Below are positions 37,958-46,261 of a stretch of DNA of 60,208 nt, one piece after another. The first letter of the stretch is position 1. Each line of letters opens with the position of its first letter. The stretch is from an uncultured Anaerolineae bacterium (lineage in GTDB: Bacteria > Chloroflexota > Anaerolineae > Fen-1058). Both the position numbers and the translations under genes were made by a program. The stretch covers positions 64,001 through 124,208 of the forward strand of contig CAZYXV010000012.1 in NCBI GenBank assembly GCA_964651475.1, written 5' to 3'. Under the pieces are notes generated by a model that had not been told where the DNA came from, made no database searches, and saw only the letters and a program-made list of their open reading frames with translations.

Positions 37958-38149
37958 GGTTCATCTCCAGACCTCTATTATACTCTATCTGTGGGTTTGC
38001 CCTGCCCGGGCGGGGTAAGCAAACCAGAACCCATAGGGTTATTATACAGTTATCGAGGCCGGTTTGGCAAAAGGGGCTTTTATGCTTCTTGAGATGTTCT
38101 GTGGTATGATAGATACTTGAATCACCAGTTCTATACTGGGCGCGGGCAC

Positions 38150-38283
38150 AATCTGCAATTTTGCTGTCATTGCGAGGGTGCGAAGCACCCGAAGCAATCT
38201 CTGATCTGCAAGCGTACAGATTGCTTCGCCGCTCGCCGCAGGCGGAGCGGCTCGCAATGACAGGATTGTGAAAAATTGCAATT
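38150..38283. repeat. Nested inverted-repeat (MITE-like or REP-like) element of about 130 bp
   Basis: Outer imperfect IRs TGCAATTTTG-CTGTCATTGCGAG ... CTCGCAATGACAG-...CAAAAATTGCA. Inner units each combine CTGTCATTGCGAG, a small GC hairpin (GGTGCgaaGCACC or CCGCTCGCCgcagGCGGAGCGG) and GAAGCAATCT, arranged head-to-head. Confidence 0.5.
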
Positions 38284-38315
38284 TATGACCGCGTGCAGTA
38301 TACGTGAGGGGGAAA

Positions 38316-38711
38316 ATGATCCAAACACTATCTGTCTCAACTTGCCAACGCAGCCAAATGATTGATATTACGGGGCAGGTTCAAGACTTGCTCAGCAAGA
38401 GTGGAGTTCAAGATGGCATTGTGGTGGTGTACTGTCCGCATACTACGGCTGGACTTGCCATCAACGAGAACGCCGATCCATCGGTGCGCGCCGACATGCT
38501 GGCGGCGTTGGACCGGCTGGTACCCTGGCAGGCCGGTTATCTTCACACCGAGGGCAATTCGGCCGCGCATATCAAGGCCAGCCTGATGGGACATTCCGTG
38601 ACGATGTTGGCGGAAAAGGGCAAGTTGGTTCTGGGAACCTGGCAGGGGATTTTCTTGTGCGAGTTTGATGGCCCGCGCTCTCGCCGGCTAGTGGTAAACA
38701 TTCAAAGCTAA
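38316..38711 (+). CDS. YjbQ/UPF0047-family protein (secondary thiamine-phosphate synthase-like)
   Basis: MIQTLSVSTCQRSQMIDITGQVQ...CPHTTAGLAINENADPSVRADM family signature. The ATG with a GAGGGGGA RBS lies inside the listed ORF 38304..38711. Confidence 0.75.
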   Translation: MIQTLSVSTCQRSQMIDITGQVQDLLSKSGVQDGIVVVYCPHTTAGLAINENADPSVRADMLAALDRLVPWQAGYLHTEGNSAAHIKASLMGHSVTMLAEKGKLVLGTWQGIFLCEFDGPRSRRLVVNIQS

Positions 38712-38723
38712 AAGGATAAACAC

Positions 38724-39248
38724 ATGACGAGACGAGTATTGGCTGTGCCCAGAAGCGAGATCGAAGAGCATTTTAACAGGAACGTGCGGCAAGATGTCAA
38801 AATCGTTGCCCCCAACATCCTGACGGTGGAATTATTCAATATCCTCAAAACCAAGGGCAAGGATCTAAAGGCGGAACAATACCTGCAAGGCGACGTCTGG
38901 GAACATTCGGCGGCGGGTGACCCGAACAATTTGTGCGAGTCGAATGATTTCATTGACGCCAGCCTGCCCCAGTACGTTCAGGGGCCGTTTGCTTTGTCTT
39001 TCGCCAATGAAAAGGCCGTGCAAGATGCGCACTATCATTGGCGGCACATCGAGATATATATTTCGGATCACCCCATTACGGCCGAATACAGGCACCTCGA
39101 AAACGCCGAGCGCCACTCGATCAAGCTGGAAAGCGGCGGCGCGATTGTTTTCGGGCCCCAGGTCGTGCATCGCGTGTGGTTGGGCGGCCTGACGGTGGTC
39201 ATCGAGGTGCCCTCGGTGGCCAGCGACAAGTTCAACGAAGACTTGTAA
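38724..39248 (+). CDS. Hypothetical protein, possible cupin fold
   Basis: 174 aa. HYHWRHIEIY and GAIVFGPQVVHRV resemble the two cupin motifs. Lower GC than its neighbours. Confidence 0.4.
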   Translation: MTRRVLAVPRSEIEEHFNRNVRQDVKIVAPNILTVELFNILKTKGKDLKAEQYLQGDVWEHSAAGDPNNLCESNDFIDASLPQYVQGPFALSFANEKAVQDAHYHWRHIEIYISDHPITAEYRHLENAERHSIKLESGGAIVFGPQVVHRVWLGGLTVVIEVPSVASDKFNEDL

Positions 39249-39257
39249 GAGGCGCGC

Positions 39258-41144
39258 TTATTCCACCGTCACGCTTTTGGCCAGGTTGCGCGGCTGGTCC
39301 ACGTCCGCGCCGCGCCGCACGGCCAGGTGATAGGCCAGCATTTGCAGCGGCAGCACGGCCAGCGCCGGCGTGAGCAGCGCCGAGGCGCGCGGGATGTAGA
39401 GCACGTAATCGGCTTTTTGCTGGATGGCCTCGTCGCCCTCGGTCGCCACCGCGATGACTGTGCCGCCGCGCGCCTTGACTTGTTCCACCTGGCTGATCAT
39501 TTTGTCGTATACGTTGTCTTGCACGGCAATCGTCACCACCGGCATCCGCTCGTCAATCAGCGCAATGGGGCCGTGCTTCATTTCTCCGGCGGGATAGCCT
39601 TCGGCGTGGATGTAGCTGATTTCCTTTAATTTCAACGCGCCTTCCAGCGCGATGGGATAATTGATGCCGCGCCCCAGGTACAAAAAATGCTCGCGGTCGT
39701 GAAAGCGATTGGCCAGGTCCTCGTAAATGGTGGGCGGCTGTTTCATATAGGCGCCGCCCGCCACCTGGAAGCGCTGCTGCCCTTGCGCCAGCACCTGCCC
39801 CATCAAATCGGGTAGGCGGCTAAGCTCGTCTGCCCATTCGCGCCTGCCCCCGCCGTTGCGCAACTGCCCCAGGTAACACCCCAGCATGTACTCGGCTACC
39901 AGCGAGGCCGTAAAGGCTTTGGTGGACGCCACGCCGATTTCCGGCCCGGCCTGCATCAAAATCGTCCCATCCGACAGGCGGTGCGCCTGCGAGCCGACGA
40001 CGTTGACAATGCTCCACAACAGCGCGCCCTTGTGTTTGGCTTCTTCCATGGCGGCCAGCGTGTCTACTGTTTCGCCGGATTGGGTGATGGCCAGCACCGC
40101 CGTGCGCGGCGTGATGATCGGATCGCGGTAGCGGAACTCGCTGCCGTATTCCACCTCCACCGGCACGCGCGCCAGCTCTTCGATGATAAATTTGCCCACC
40201 AGGCCGGCATAGTACGACGTGCCGCACGCGACGATAAAAATTTTTTCGATCTGCCGCGCCCGCTCGGCCGCCAGGTGTAAATCGTCCAGGATCATGTGCC
40301 CGCGCGCCAGGTCAACCCGTCCGCGAATCGTATCGGTGACCGAGCGCGCCTGTTCATAGATTTCTTTTTGCATAAAGTGGCGATATTCGCCTTTGGCCGC
40401 CGCGACCGGGTCGTAGGGAATGGTGTGCACGGGCAACTCGATCCGCTCGCCGCTGTCCAGCGAGGTGATCTTGACCCCGTCGCGCAGCACCACCGCCATT
40501 TGCCGGCTCTCCAAAAATATCATCTGCCGTGTGTGGTCGAGGATGGCGGGCATGTCAGACGCGATAAACATCTCGCCCTGGCCGATGCCCACCGTCACGC
40601 CGCCGGCGTTGCCGATGCGCGCGCACACCAGCCGGTCCGGCTCCAGCCGGCTCATCAGCACGATGCCGTGCGCGCCTTTGAGCTGCGCCAGCGCGCGGCG
40701 CGCGGCGTCTTCGAGTGATGCGCCCTCGTTGACGTAACTTTCGACCAGGTGGACGATGACTTCGGTGTCCGTTTCTGACGCGAAGGCGTGCCCCGCCGCC
40801 TTGAGTTGTTCGCGCAGCTCGTGGAAATTTTCCACGATGCCATTGTGGATCACCACCAGGTTGCCCGTGCAATCGGTGTGGGGATGGGCGTTCATTTCGC
40901 TGGGCTGGCCGTGCGTGGCCCAGCGCGTGTGCCCCATGCCAATGCAGCCTTTGAGCGGCTGCTCCAGCAAGGCGCTGCCCAGGTTTGCAAGTTTGCCTGT
41001 GTTGCGGCGCACGCCAATGCCGCCATTGTGCTCGACGACGGCAATGCCGGCGCTATCGTAGCCGCGATATTCCAGGCGATGCAACCCTTCCATGATGATG
41101 GTGGTTGCATCGCGATGACCTACGTAACCTACAATTCCACACAT
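39258..41144 (-). CDS. glmS: Glutamine--fructose-6-phosphate aminotransferase (isomerising)
   Basis: 628 aa. MCGIVGYVG N-terminal nucleophile, two SIS domains, C-terminal ...SVTVE. Confidence 0.95.
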   Translation of the reverse strand: MCGIVGYVGHRDATTIIMEGLHRLEYRGYDSAGIAVVEHNGGIGVRRNTGKLANLGSALLEQPLKGCIGMGHTRWATHGQPSEMNAHPHTDCTGNLVVIHNGIVENFHELREQLKAAGHAFASETDTEVIVHLVESYVNEGASLEDAARRALAQLKGAHGIVLMSRLEPDRLVCARIGNAGGVTVGIGQGEMFIASDMPAILDHTRQMIFLESRQMAVVLRDGVKITSLDSGERIELPVHTIPYDPVAAAKGEYRHFMQKEIYEQARSVTDTIRGRVDLARGHMILDDLHLAAERARQIEKIFIVACGTSYYAGLVGKFIIEELARVPVEVEYGSEFRYRDPIITPRTAVLAITQSGETVDTLAAMEEAKHKGALLWSIVNVVGSQAHRLSDGTILMQAGPEIGVASTKAFTASLVAEYMLGCYLGQLRNGGGRREWADELSRLPDLMGQVLAQGQQRFQVAGGAYMKQPPTIYEDLANRFHDREHFLYLGRGINYPIALEGALKLKEISYIHAEGYPAGEMKHGPIALIDERMPVVTIAVQDNVYDKMISQVEQVKARGGTVIAVATEGDEAIQQKADYVLYIPRASALLTPALAVLPLQMLAYHLAVRRGADVDQPRNLAKSVTVE

Positions 41145-41288
41145 AGTTCCTCCGTATCTTGTCGAGGGGCGGCCGCAAGGGTTCGCCTCTACGTTTTCCC
41201 TTTTTCAACGCGAAAAAGGGCCAGTTGACTTTTGCTCTGCATAGTGGAAAGGGGGGGGATCGGCAAACAAAAAAGGCACGCCAGGCGT

Positions 41289-41567
41289 GCCTGTACAAGT
41301 CACCCCTCTATGCAATTCCACACCGGCGTACCCGCACAAGGGTGCCTGCCAGTGACCACTGCGGGCGTTTTAATCGGCGGGTTACCCGCGCCGTTTTGTC
41401 GCGCCGCTTGATTCGAGGGGAAAAACGCGGGGTGTGGCGCCCCGGGAGGCATCCGCTGATCTGTTCGATTTTCTCCCGGCGAACGGGCCGCTCGCCAGGA
41501 TTAGCCTCGCCTCGCGGCGAGGAACCTCCACCTCGTTATCCTTGCCTGCTTGCAAGGATCCATACGC
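41289..41567 (-). ncRNA. glmS ribozyme (GlcN6P-responsive self-cleaving riboswitch) in the glmS 5' leader
   Basis: - strand RNA: ...AU-AGCGUAUGGAUCCUUGCAAGCAGGCAAGGAUAACGAGGUGGAGGUU[hairpin insert]...AAUCGAACAGAUCAGCGGAUGCCUCCCGG...AGAGGGGUGACUUGUACAGG. This matches the remembered B. subtilis core A^GCG...GACGAGG.GGAGGUUAUCGAA...GGCGGAUGCCUCCCGG...AAGGGGGUGAC. A GC hairpin plus U6 follows. Confidence 0.7.
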
Positions 41568-41605
41568 TATCGTTTCCCGATATATTTAGTTGTTGGATTG
41601 TGCGC

Positions 41606-41633
41606 CATGTTAACGCATCTGGCTCAAAAGTCA
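41606..41633 (-). promoter_or_regulatory. Candidate sigma70-like promoter for the glmS ribozyme-glmS transcript
   Basis: - strand TTGACT, 16-nt spacer, TAACAT. About 30 nt upstream of the predicted ribozyme cleavage site. Confidence 0.4.
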
Positions 41634-41675
41634 AGCGCCCGGCGTTAGGCCGTTAGCCTGCGTGGGAGCGCCCTC

Positions 41676-41701
41676 CCCGGCCTGTCGGCCAGGACAGGCC
41701 G
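41676..41701 (-). terminator. GC-rich hairpin downstream of the lipoprotein gene, upstream of the glmS promoter
   Basis: Perfect 10-bp stem CCGGCCTGTC / GACAGGCCGG with a 6-nt loop. No U-tract. Confidence 0.3.
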
Positions 41702-41799
41702 GGCGCGATAGTCGCGCCTGCCTGCCTGGCGGCTAGACAGGAAAGGCGCTCCTACGAGACTCGTACAGCTTGCCCGGTCGGCGGGCAGGTTTCAGGCGA

Positions 41800-42516
41800 T
41801 TAAGGGATATACCACTTGAACGGGATTTGGATCTCGGTGACAACTTTTACCGTCCCGGGATTGTCCGGCACGGCTGAAAAGATAGTCAGCGTGAGTATGG
41901 ACTCAAAGGTCCCGCCGGTCGGCGCGCCGCCATCCACGTAGACGCAAAAGTCGGCTGTGAATCCCTGGCACTGTTTCTGATCGTCGCATACCCCTTTGGC
42001 GGTTTGGATCTTGATGTTGGGACGGGCGTATTGGGGATAGACTGACCAGTTCCTGTCCCAATAGTACATTCTTCGCTCCGGCTCGCCCACGCCTTCTTCC
42101 CACGGATACGATGCGCTCACAAACTTGTTGACGCAGCTTTCCCCGCCTGGGGGCGCCACCAGGTCTACGCCGGATGGGGCCGGCGGCGCGGTGGGTTGTG
42201 GGGCGGCAGTAGGTGATTTAGTGGGCGCGGGGGTCCTGGTGATGGGGCGCGGCGTGCTCGTCGGCGTTAGCGTGGGCGGCGCGGGCGTCTTGGTGGCCGT
42301 GGGCGGCAGGGGCGTTTGGGTGGCCGTGGGGCGCGGCGTGTCGGTCGAGGTGGGGGTCAGGGTGGGCGTGCTCGTCGGCGTGCTCGTCGGCGATGGCGTA
42401 TCGGTAGGCGGCGGCTCGGTGGGGGTGGCGGTCGGAGCCGGCGGGCTGGCGCAGCCGGCGAGCATAAAGACTGCAATCAGCATGTAGACCCATGAGACAA
42501 ACAAGCGTCGTGTCAT
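41800..42516 (-). CDS. Lipoprotein with a long Pro/Thr-rich linker and a C-terminal domain of unknown function
   Basis: 238 aa. Signal plus lipobox LAGC, about 90 aa of PT-rich linker (TPTSTPTLTPTSTDTP...), and a globular C-domain with 4 Cys. Confidence 0.6.
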   Translation of the reverse strand: MTRRLFVSWVYMLIAVFMLAGCASPPAPTATPTEPPPTDTPSPTSTPTSTPTLTPTSTDTPRPTATQTPLPPTATKTPAPPTLTPTSTPRPITRTPAPTKSPTAAPQPTAPPAPSGVDLVAPPGGESCVNKFVSASYPWEEGVGEPERRMYYWDRNWSVYPQYARPNIKIQTAKGVCDDQKQCQGFTADFCVYVDGGAPTGGTFESILTLTIFSAVPDNPGTVKVVTEIQIPFKWYIP

Positions 42517-42576
42517 ATTCTCCTTCCAAATTTTATTATGACTGCCCTGGCTCGACGTGAGCTTGTTGGCAGTTGA

Positions 42577-43974
42577 TCACAGATCGTTTGCCCGCAGCAC
42601 GCGATGGATGACGTCGCCCATGGTGTCCACCGCGGCTACCGGGCGGTGGAGCGCGGCGGCGATATCTTGCGGCGTCACGTCGTCCAGGCTCGCGCCGCTG
42701 GGATGATCGAACATGATGCGCGGCAACACCAGGCGCTCTCCCAGCTCGCGGCCTCGCAGTTGTTCGATGACGTCTTTCGCTGTGAGCAGCCCTGCCACCG
42801 TCACCGTTTCGCCAAAGCGGCGATTCACAATCGGGATCACCTCTATCCTGGCGCCGGTCAATGCGCTCAACTCGTCCGCGGCCTGGCGCAGCGTGGGCGC
42901 GAACAAGGTTCCGGTTACGAGCGAGATGTCGGATGTCTGATGTCTGATTTCGGATTTCGGATGTGGTCGGTGGCCGGCTTTCACTTGCCACTTTTTACTT
43001 TCTACTTTTAACTTTCCATTTTCCACTTTCCACTCGTCCAGAAACTCGCGCGCCATCCCCAGCCCGTTTTCTTGCAACTGCAGGCCGTCATAGTGAGCGC
43101 GGGGGGGAACGCGCCGCCCCAGGGCCAGGTACCACTCGTCGGTGGCGTACACAAAACGCGCGCCCAGTTCTGGCTTGAATTGTTTTTGCCAGGCGTGAAC
43201 GGACTGGAGCACGGCCTTCATTTCATCCGGCGTGTTGATGCGCTGGCCGCGTTTGTGGCAGCGCGTGATGCCGACCGGGACGATGCTGACCGAGCGCACG
43301 GCGGGATAGAGGCTTGCCAGGTCCAGGATGCTGCGCTCCAGAATCGCGCCGTCGTTCAGGCCAGGCGTGACGACCAGTTGCGTGTGCGTTTCGATGCCGC
43401 GCCGGGCCAGCCAGCGCAGTTGCCGCATCACGTCTGGGGCGTTGGGGTTGCCTAATACCTGGCGGCGCGCCTCGAGCGGCGTGGCGTGGACGCTGATGTA
43501 CAACGGCGATAGATGCTGCCGCTCGATGCGTTTCCAATCGCGCTCGCTCAGATTGGTCAGCGTGACGTAATGGCCGAACAAAAAGCTGTAGCGATAATCG
43601 TCGTCTTTGACGTACAGCGAGCGGCGCATGCGGGGCGGCATTTGGAGCACAAAGCAGAACGGGCACACGTTGTTACAGCGGCGAATGTCCGTATCGAACG
43701 TGGGGTGCGCAAATTCCAGCCCGAGCGTTTGACCGCCGCCGCGTTCGCCGCTCACGGTCAACTCGTCCGCGCCGCGCCGGAGGCGGAGTTCGACGTGCTC
43801 GTCGGCGGCGTAAAATTGCACGTCAATGATGTCTTGGACGGGGTGACGATTTACGGCTACCAGTTCATCGCCGGGACGCGCGCCCAGCTTTTCGGCCAGG
43901 CTGCCCGGCTCGACGGCGGTGATGCGCCCGCCCGGTACATGGTGTTTAGAGGTCACATGCTCTTTGTTTGGCAT
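42577..43974 (-). CDS. PDZ-domain / radical-SAM-like (CxxxCxxC) / DUF512-family protein carrying an in-frame low-complexity insertion
   Basis: 465 aa. N-terminal PDZ (ITAVEPGSLAEKLGARPGDELVAVN), CNNVCPFC Cx3Cx2C, DUF512-like C-terminal region. Codons about 315-350 are encoded by tandem heptanucleotide repeats. Confidence 0.7.
   Translation of the reverse strand: MPNKEHVTSKHHVPGGRITAVEPGSLAEKLGARPGDELVAVNRHPVQDIIDVQFYAADEHVELRLRRGADELTVSGERGGGQTLGLEFAHPTFDTDIRRCNNVCPFCFVLQMPPRMRRSLYVKDDDYRYSFLFGHYVTLTNLSERDWKRIERQHLSPLYISVHATPLEARRQVLGNPNAPDVMRQLRWLARRGIETHTQLVVTPGLNDGAILERSILDLASLYPAVRSVSIVPVGITRCHKRGQRINTPDEMKAVLQSVHAWQKQFKPELGARFVYATDEWYLALGRRVPPRAHYDGLQLQENGLGMAREFLDEWKVENGKLKVESKKWQVKAGHRPHPKSEIRHQTSDISLVTGTLFAPTLRQAADELSALTGARIEVIPIVNRRFGETVTVAGLLTAKDVIEQLRGRELGERLVLPRIMFDHPSGASLDDVTPQDIAAALHRPVAAVDTMGDVIHRVLRANDL
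42925..43032. repeat. Two blocks of degenerate heptanucleotide tandem repeats inside the radical-SAM/DUF512 ORF
   Basis: + strand GATGTCG GATGTCT GATGTCT GATTTCG GATTTCG GATGTGG (6 units), a 10-nt spacer, then CTTTCAC TTGCCAC TTTTTAC TTTCTAC TTTTAAC TTTCCAT TTTCCAC TTTCCAC (8 units). Total 108 nt = 36 codons, frame preserved. The - strand units are GGAAAGT-like and CGAAATC-like. Confidence 0.6.
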
Positions 43975-44161
43975 ACGGAGGGTTGGGTATCAGGTATTGA
44001 GTATTTGACCTTGATCATCGTTTCGGCCATTTTTACCGCAGAGACGCAGAGGTCGCCGAGTTTTCAATTGATTTTCCTCTGCGTTCTCCGCGTCTCTGTG
44101 GTGCACTGCCGCCGCGTGGCCCAAAGGATGACCGACGCCGAGTATTTGGTAGTGGCGGCGC

Positions 44162-44815
44162 TCAAGCGTATGCCCCGCGCATGTCTGGCGGCAACAGCCT
44201 GGCGATTTGCCGCATCGCTTCGTCGGTCATTTGGGTCAGGGCTTCGCGGCGGGCGTGCGGCTGCCCCTTTCCAAGGTAAAACGCCGGCCCAATCACCAGG
44301 TTGACGTTTGTGCGCTTGAAGCGGCGGAGATTGTGTTTGAATTGCGCCGTACCCGTAAAGGCGAGCGGGACGAGCGGCGCGCCCGAGCGAGTGGCGATAA
44401 AGGCCAACCCGCCCAGCCCGCGTTGCAATTGGCCGGATGAACTGCGCGTGCCCTCGGGCGATATCCACAACGGCAAGCCGGCCTCCAGAACGTGCAGCGC
44501 CGTGTGCAGCGCCTGGCGGTCCACCTCGCCGCGGAGCACCGGGAAAGCGTCAAAAGCGCGCGCCAGCGGGCCAATGATTTTGTCTTCCAGGTTTTCAATC
44601 TTGGACATGGGGATGACGGGGCGCGGCAGCATGCCGACGACGAGAACAGGGTCGAGAAAGCTGATGTGGTTGCTGATGAGAATCGCGGGGCCTGTGATAG
44701 GAATGTTCTCGATGCCGGCGATTTTCAAGTTTAACGTGGCCTTGACCACCACGTGCATTGCAAAGGTCAGAACGCGGCGAATCAGGCTAGGGCGATAGTG
44801 TGTAAAATCACGCAT
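44162..44815 (-). CDS. plsC: 1-acyl-sn-glycerol-3-phosphate acyltransferase (LPAAT)
   Basis: 217 aa. HX4D motif NHISFLDP, plus FPEGTRS-like (SPEGTRSSSG). Confidence 0.8.
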   Translation of the reverse strand: MRDFTHYRPSLIRRVLTFAMHVVVKATLNLKIAGIENIPITGPAILISNHISFLDPVLVVGMLPRPVIPMSKIENLEDKIIGPLARAFDAFPVLRGEVDRQALHTALHVLEAGLPLWISPEGTRSSSGQLQRGLGGLAFIATRSGAPLVPLAFTGTAQFKHNLRRFKRTNVNLVIGPAFYLGKGQPHARREALTQMTDEAMRQIARLLPPDMRGAYA

Positions 44816-44911
44816 TTATCTCCTCGGCTATCTACGCGGATTTGCGCAAAGGTAGATAGCGGGCTGACCCGAACGAGGCTAATTATAGCGCAAATCGCGC
44901 GCGCCGCCAGG

Positions 44912-45589
44912 CTACGCCCAATAGCCCCGGTACGCTTGCGGCAACAGTTGCGCGATGTGCTGCATGATGATGCTGTGCGCGGCTTGTATGGACTGGCGCT
45001 GGTGGGCGCCGGCCTGCGCGGCGACGTGAAATGGCGCGCCTACGTTCACGTGGATGCTTGGGCGGGTGCGCTCGCGCCACGCGCTGTAGACGTGTTGCGT
45101 GCCGGTGATGCCCACCGGCACGACGGGCGCGCCGCTTTTCAAGGCCAGGTAGGCTGCGCCTTCGCGGCCTTGTTCCAGGGCGGCCGTGGGGCTTTGACGC
45201 GCCTCTGGCGCCAGGGCCAGGAGCGCGCCTCGTTTCAATACGTCCATCGCGGCGCGAATCACCTGGCGGTCGTATTGATCCCGGTGGATGAGGATGACGC
45301 CATAGGCGCGCAATGCCAGGTTGGTGCCGGGCACGCTCATCAGGTCGGCCAACGCGATACATTCCGGCGCGCGCGGGGCCAGGGCAACCACGAGCAAACT
45401 ATCCAGGTGCCCCAGGTGGTTAAAGGCGATGATGGCGGCGCCATAGGAGGGAATGTGATGCAGCCCTTCGACGTTCAGGCGGGCGGCCAGGCGCAGCCAC
45501 GCGCGCAATGCAGGCCGGATGATTTGACGAAAGGCGCGTTGGGGCGCGCCCACGTTATGCGCCAGGGTCATCTTGCGTTCTTGCATCAT
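44912..45589 (-). CDS. plsC: 1-acyl-sn-glycerol-3-phosphate acyltransferase paralog
   Basis: 225 aa. NHLGHLDS HX4D motif and a PEARQS (PEGTRS-like) block. Confidence 0.75.
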   Translation of the reverse strand: MMQERKMTLAHNVGAPQRAFRQIIRPALRAWLRLAARLNVEGLHHIPSYGAAIIAFNHLGHLDSLLVVALAPRAPECIALADLMSVPGTNLALRAYGVILIHRDQYDRQVIRAAMDVLKRGALLALAPEARQSPTAALEQGREGAAYLALKSGAPVVPVGITGTQHVYSAWRERTRPSIHVNVGAPFHVAAQAGAHQRQSIQAAHSIIMQHIAQLLPQAYRGYWA

Positions 45590-46259
45590 AGACGAGTTGC
45601 TTGATCCTCGCCAGCACCTGACTGATTTCTACGCCGGTGCTGTCTACCAGGACGGCGTCGTCGGCGGGGCGCAACGGCGCGCTGGCGCGCTGGCTATCTA
45701 TCTGATCGCGGCGTTTCATGGACTCGATCACCTCTTTGTACGCGAGCGGTTCGCCGCGCTGCTCGCGTTCTTGCGCGCGGCGGCGGGCGCGTTCTTCGAC
45801 CGAAGCATCCAAATAGATTTTGAGGCCGGCTTCCGGCAAGACTACCGTACCGATGTCGCGCCCGACCATGACCACACGTCCTCTCAGGCCGATGCGCCGT
45901 TGCTGCCGGGTGAGGGCCTGCCTCACGCCAGCGTACGCGCTGACGGGCGACACGGCCCGGTCTACTTCTGGCGAGCGAATCTCCCACGTCACGTCGTCGC
46001 CGTCGGCCAGCACCGTGTATTGCCGTCCATCGTCCACGGTCGGCGCGAGCACGTCAATGGATACGGTTTCGGCCAGAGCCGTAATGGCGGCCCGGTCGTT
46101 TATGGGAACGTTGCGCTGCAGAGCGACCAGCGTCACGGCGCGGTACATGACGCCGGTGTCGAAATACATGTAGCCCAATTCCCGGGCCAGCAAATGCCCG
46201 ACGGTGCTTTTGCCGGAGGCGGCCGGCCCATCAATGGCGATAATAGAAGCAGGTTCCAT
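45555..46259 (-). CDS. cmk: Cytidylate kinase
   Basis: Listed ORF 45555..46460 trimmed to the MEPASIIAIDGPAASGKSTVGHLLAREL start (M68), which sits 2 nt after the rluB stop. P-loop and CMP-binding motifs present. Confidence 0.9.
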   Translation of the reverse strand: MEPASIIAIDGPAASGKSTVGHLLARELGYMYFDTGVMYRAVTLVALQRNVPINDRAAITALAETVSIDVLAPTVDDGRQYTVLADGDDVTWEIRSPEVDRAVSPVSAYAGVRQALTRQQRRIGLRGRVVMVGRDIGTVVLPEAGLKIYLDASVEERARRRAQEREQRGEPLAYKEVIESMKRRDQIDSQRASAPLRPADDAVLVDSTGVEISQVLARIKQLVYDARTQDDPGA

Positions 46260-46261
46260 GT

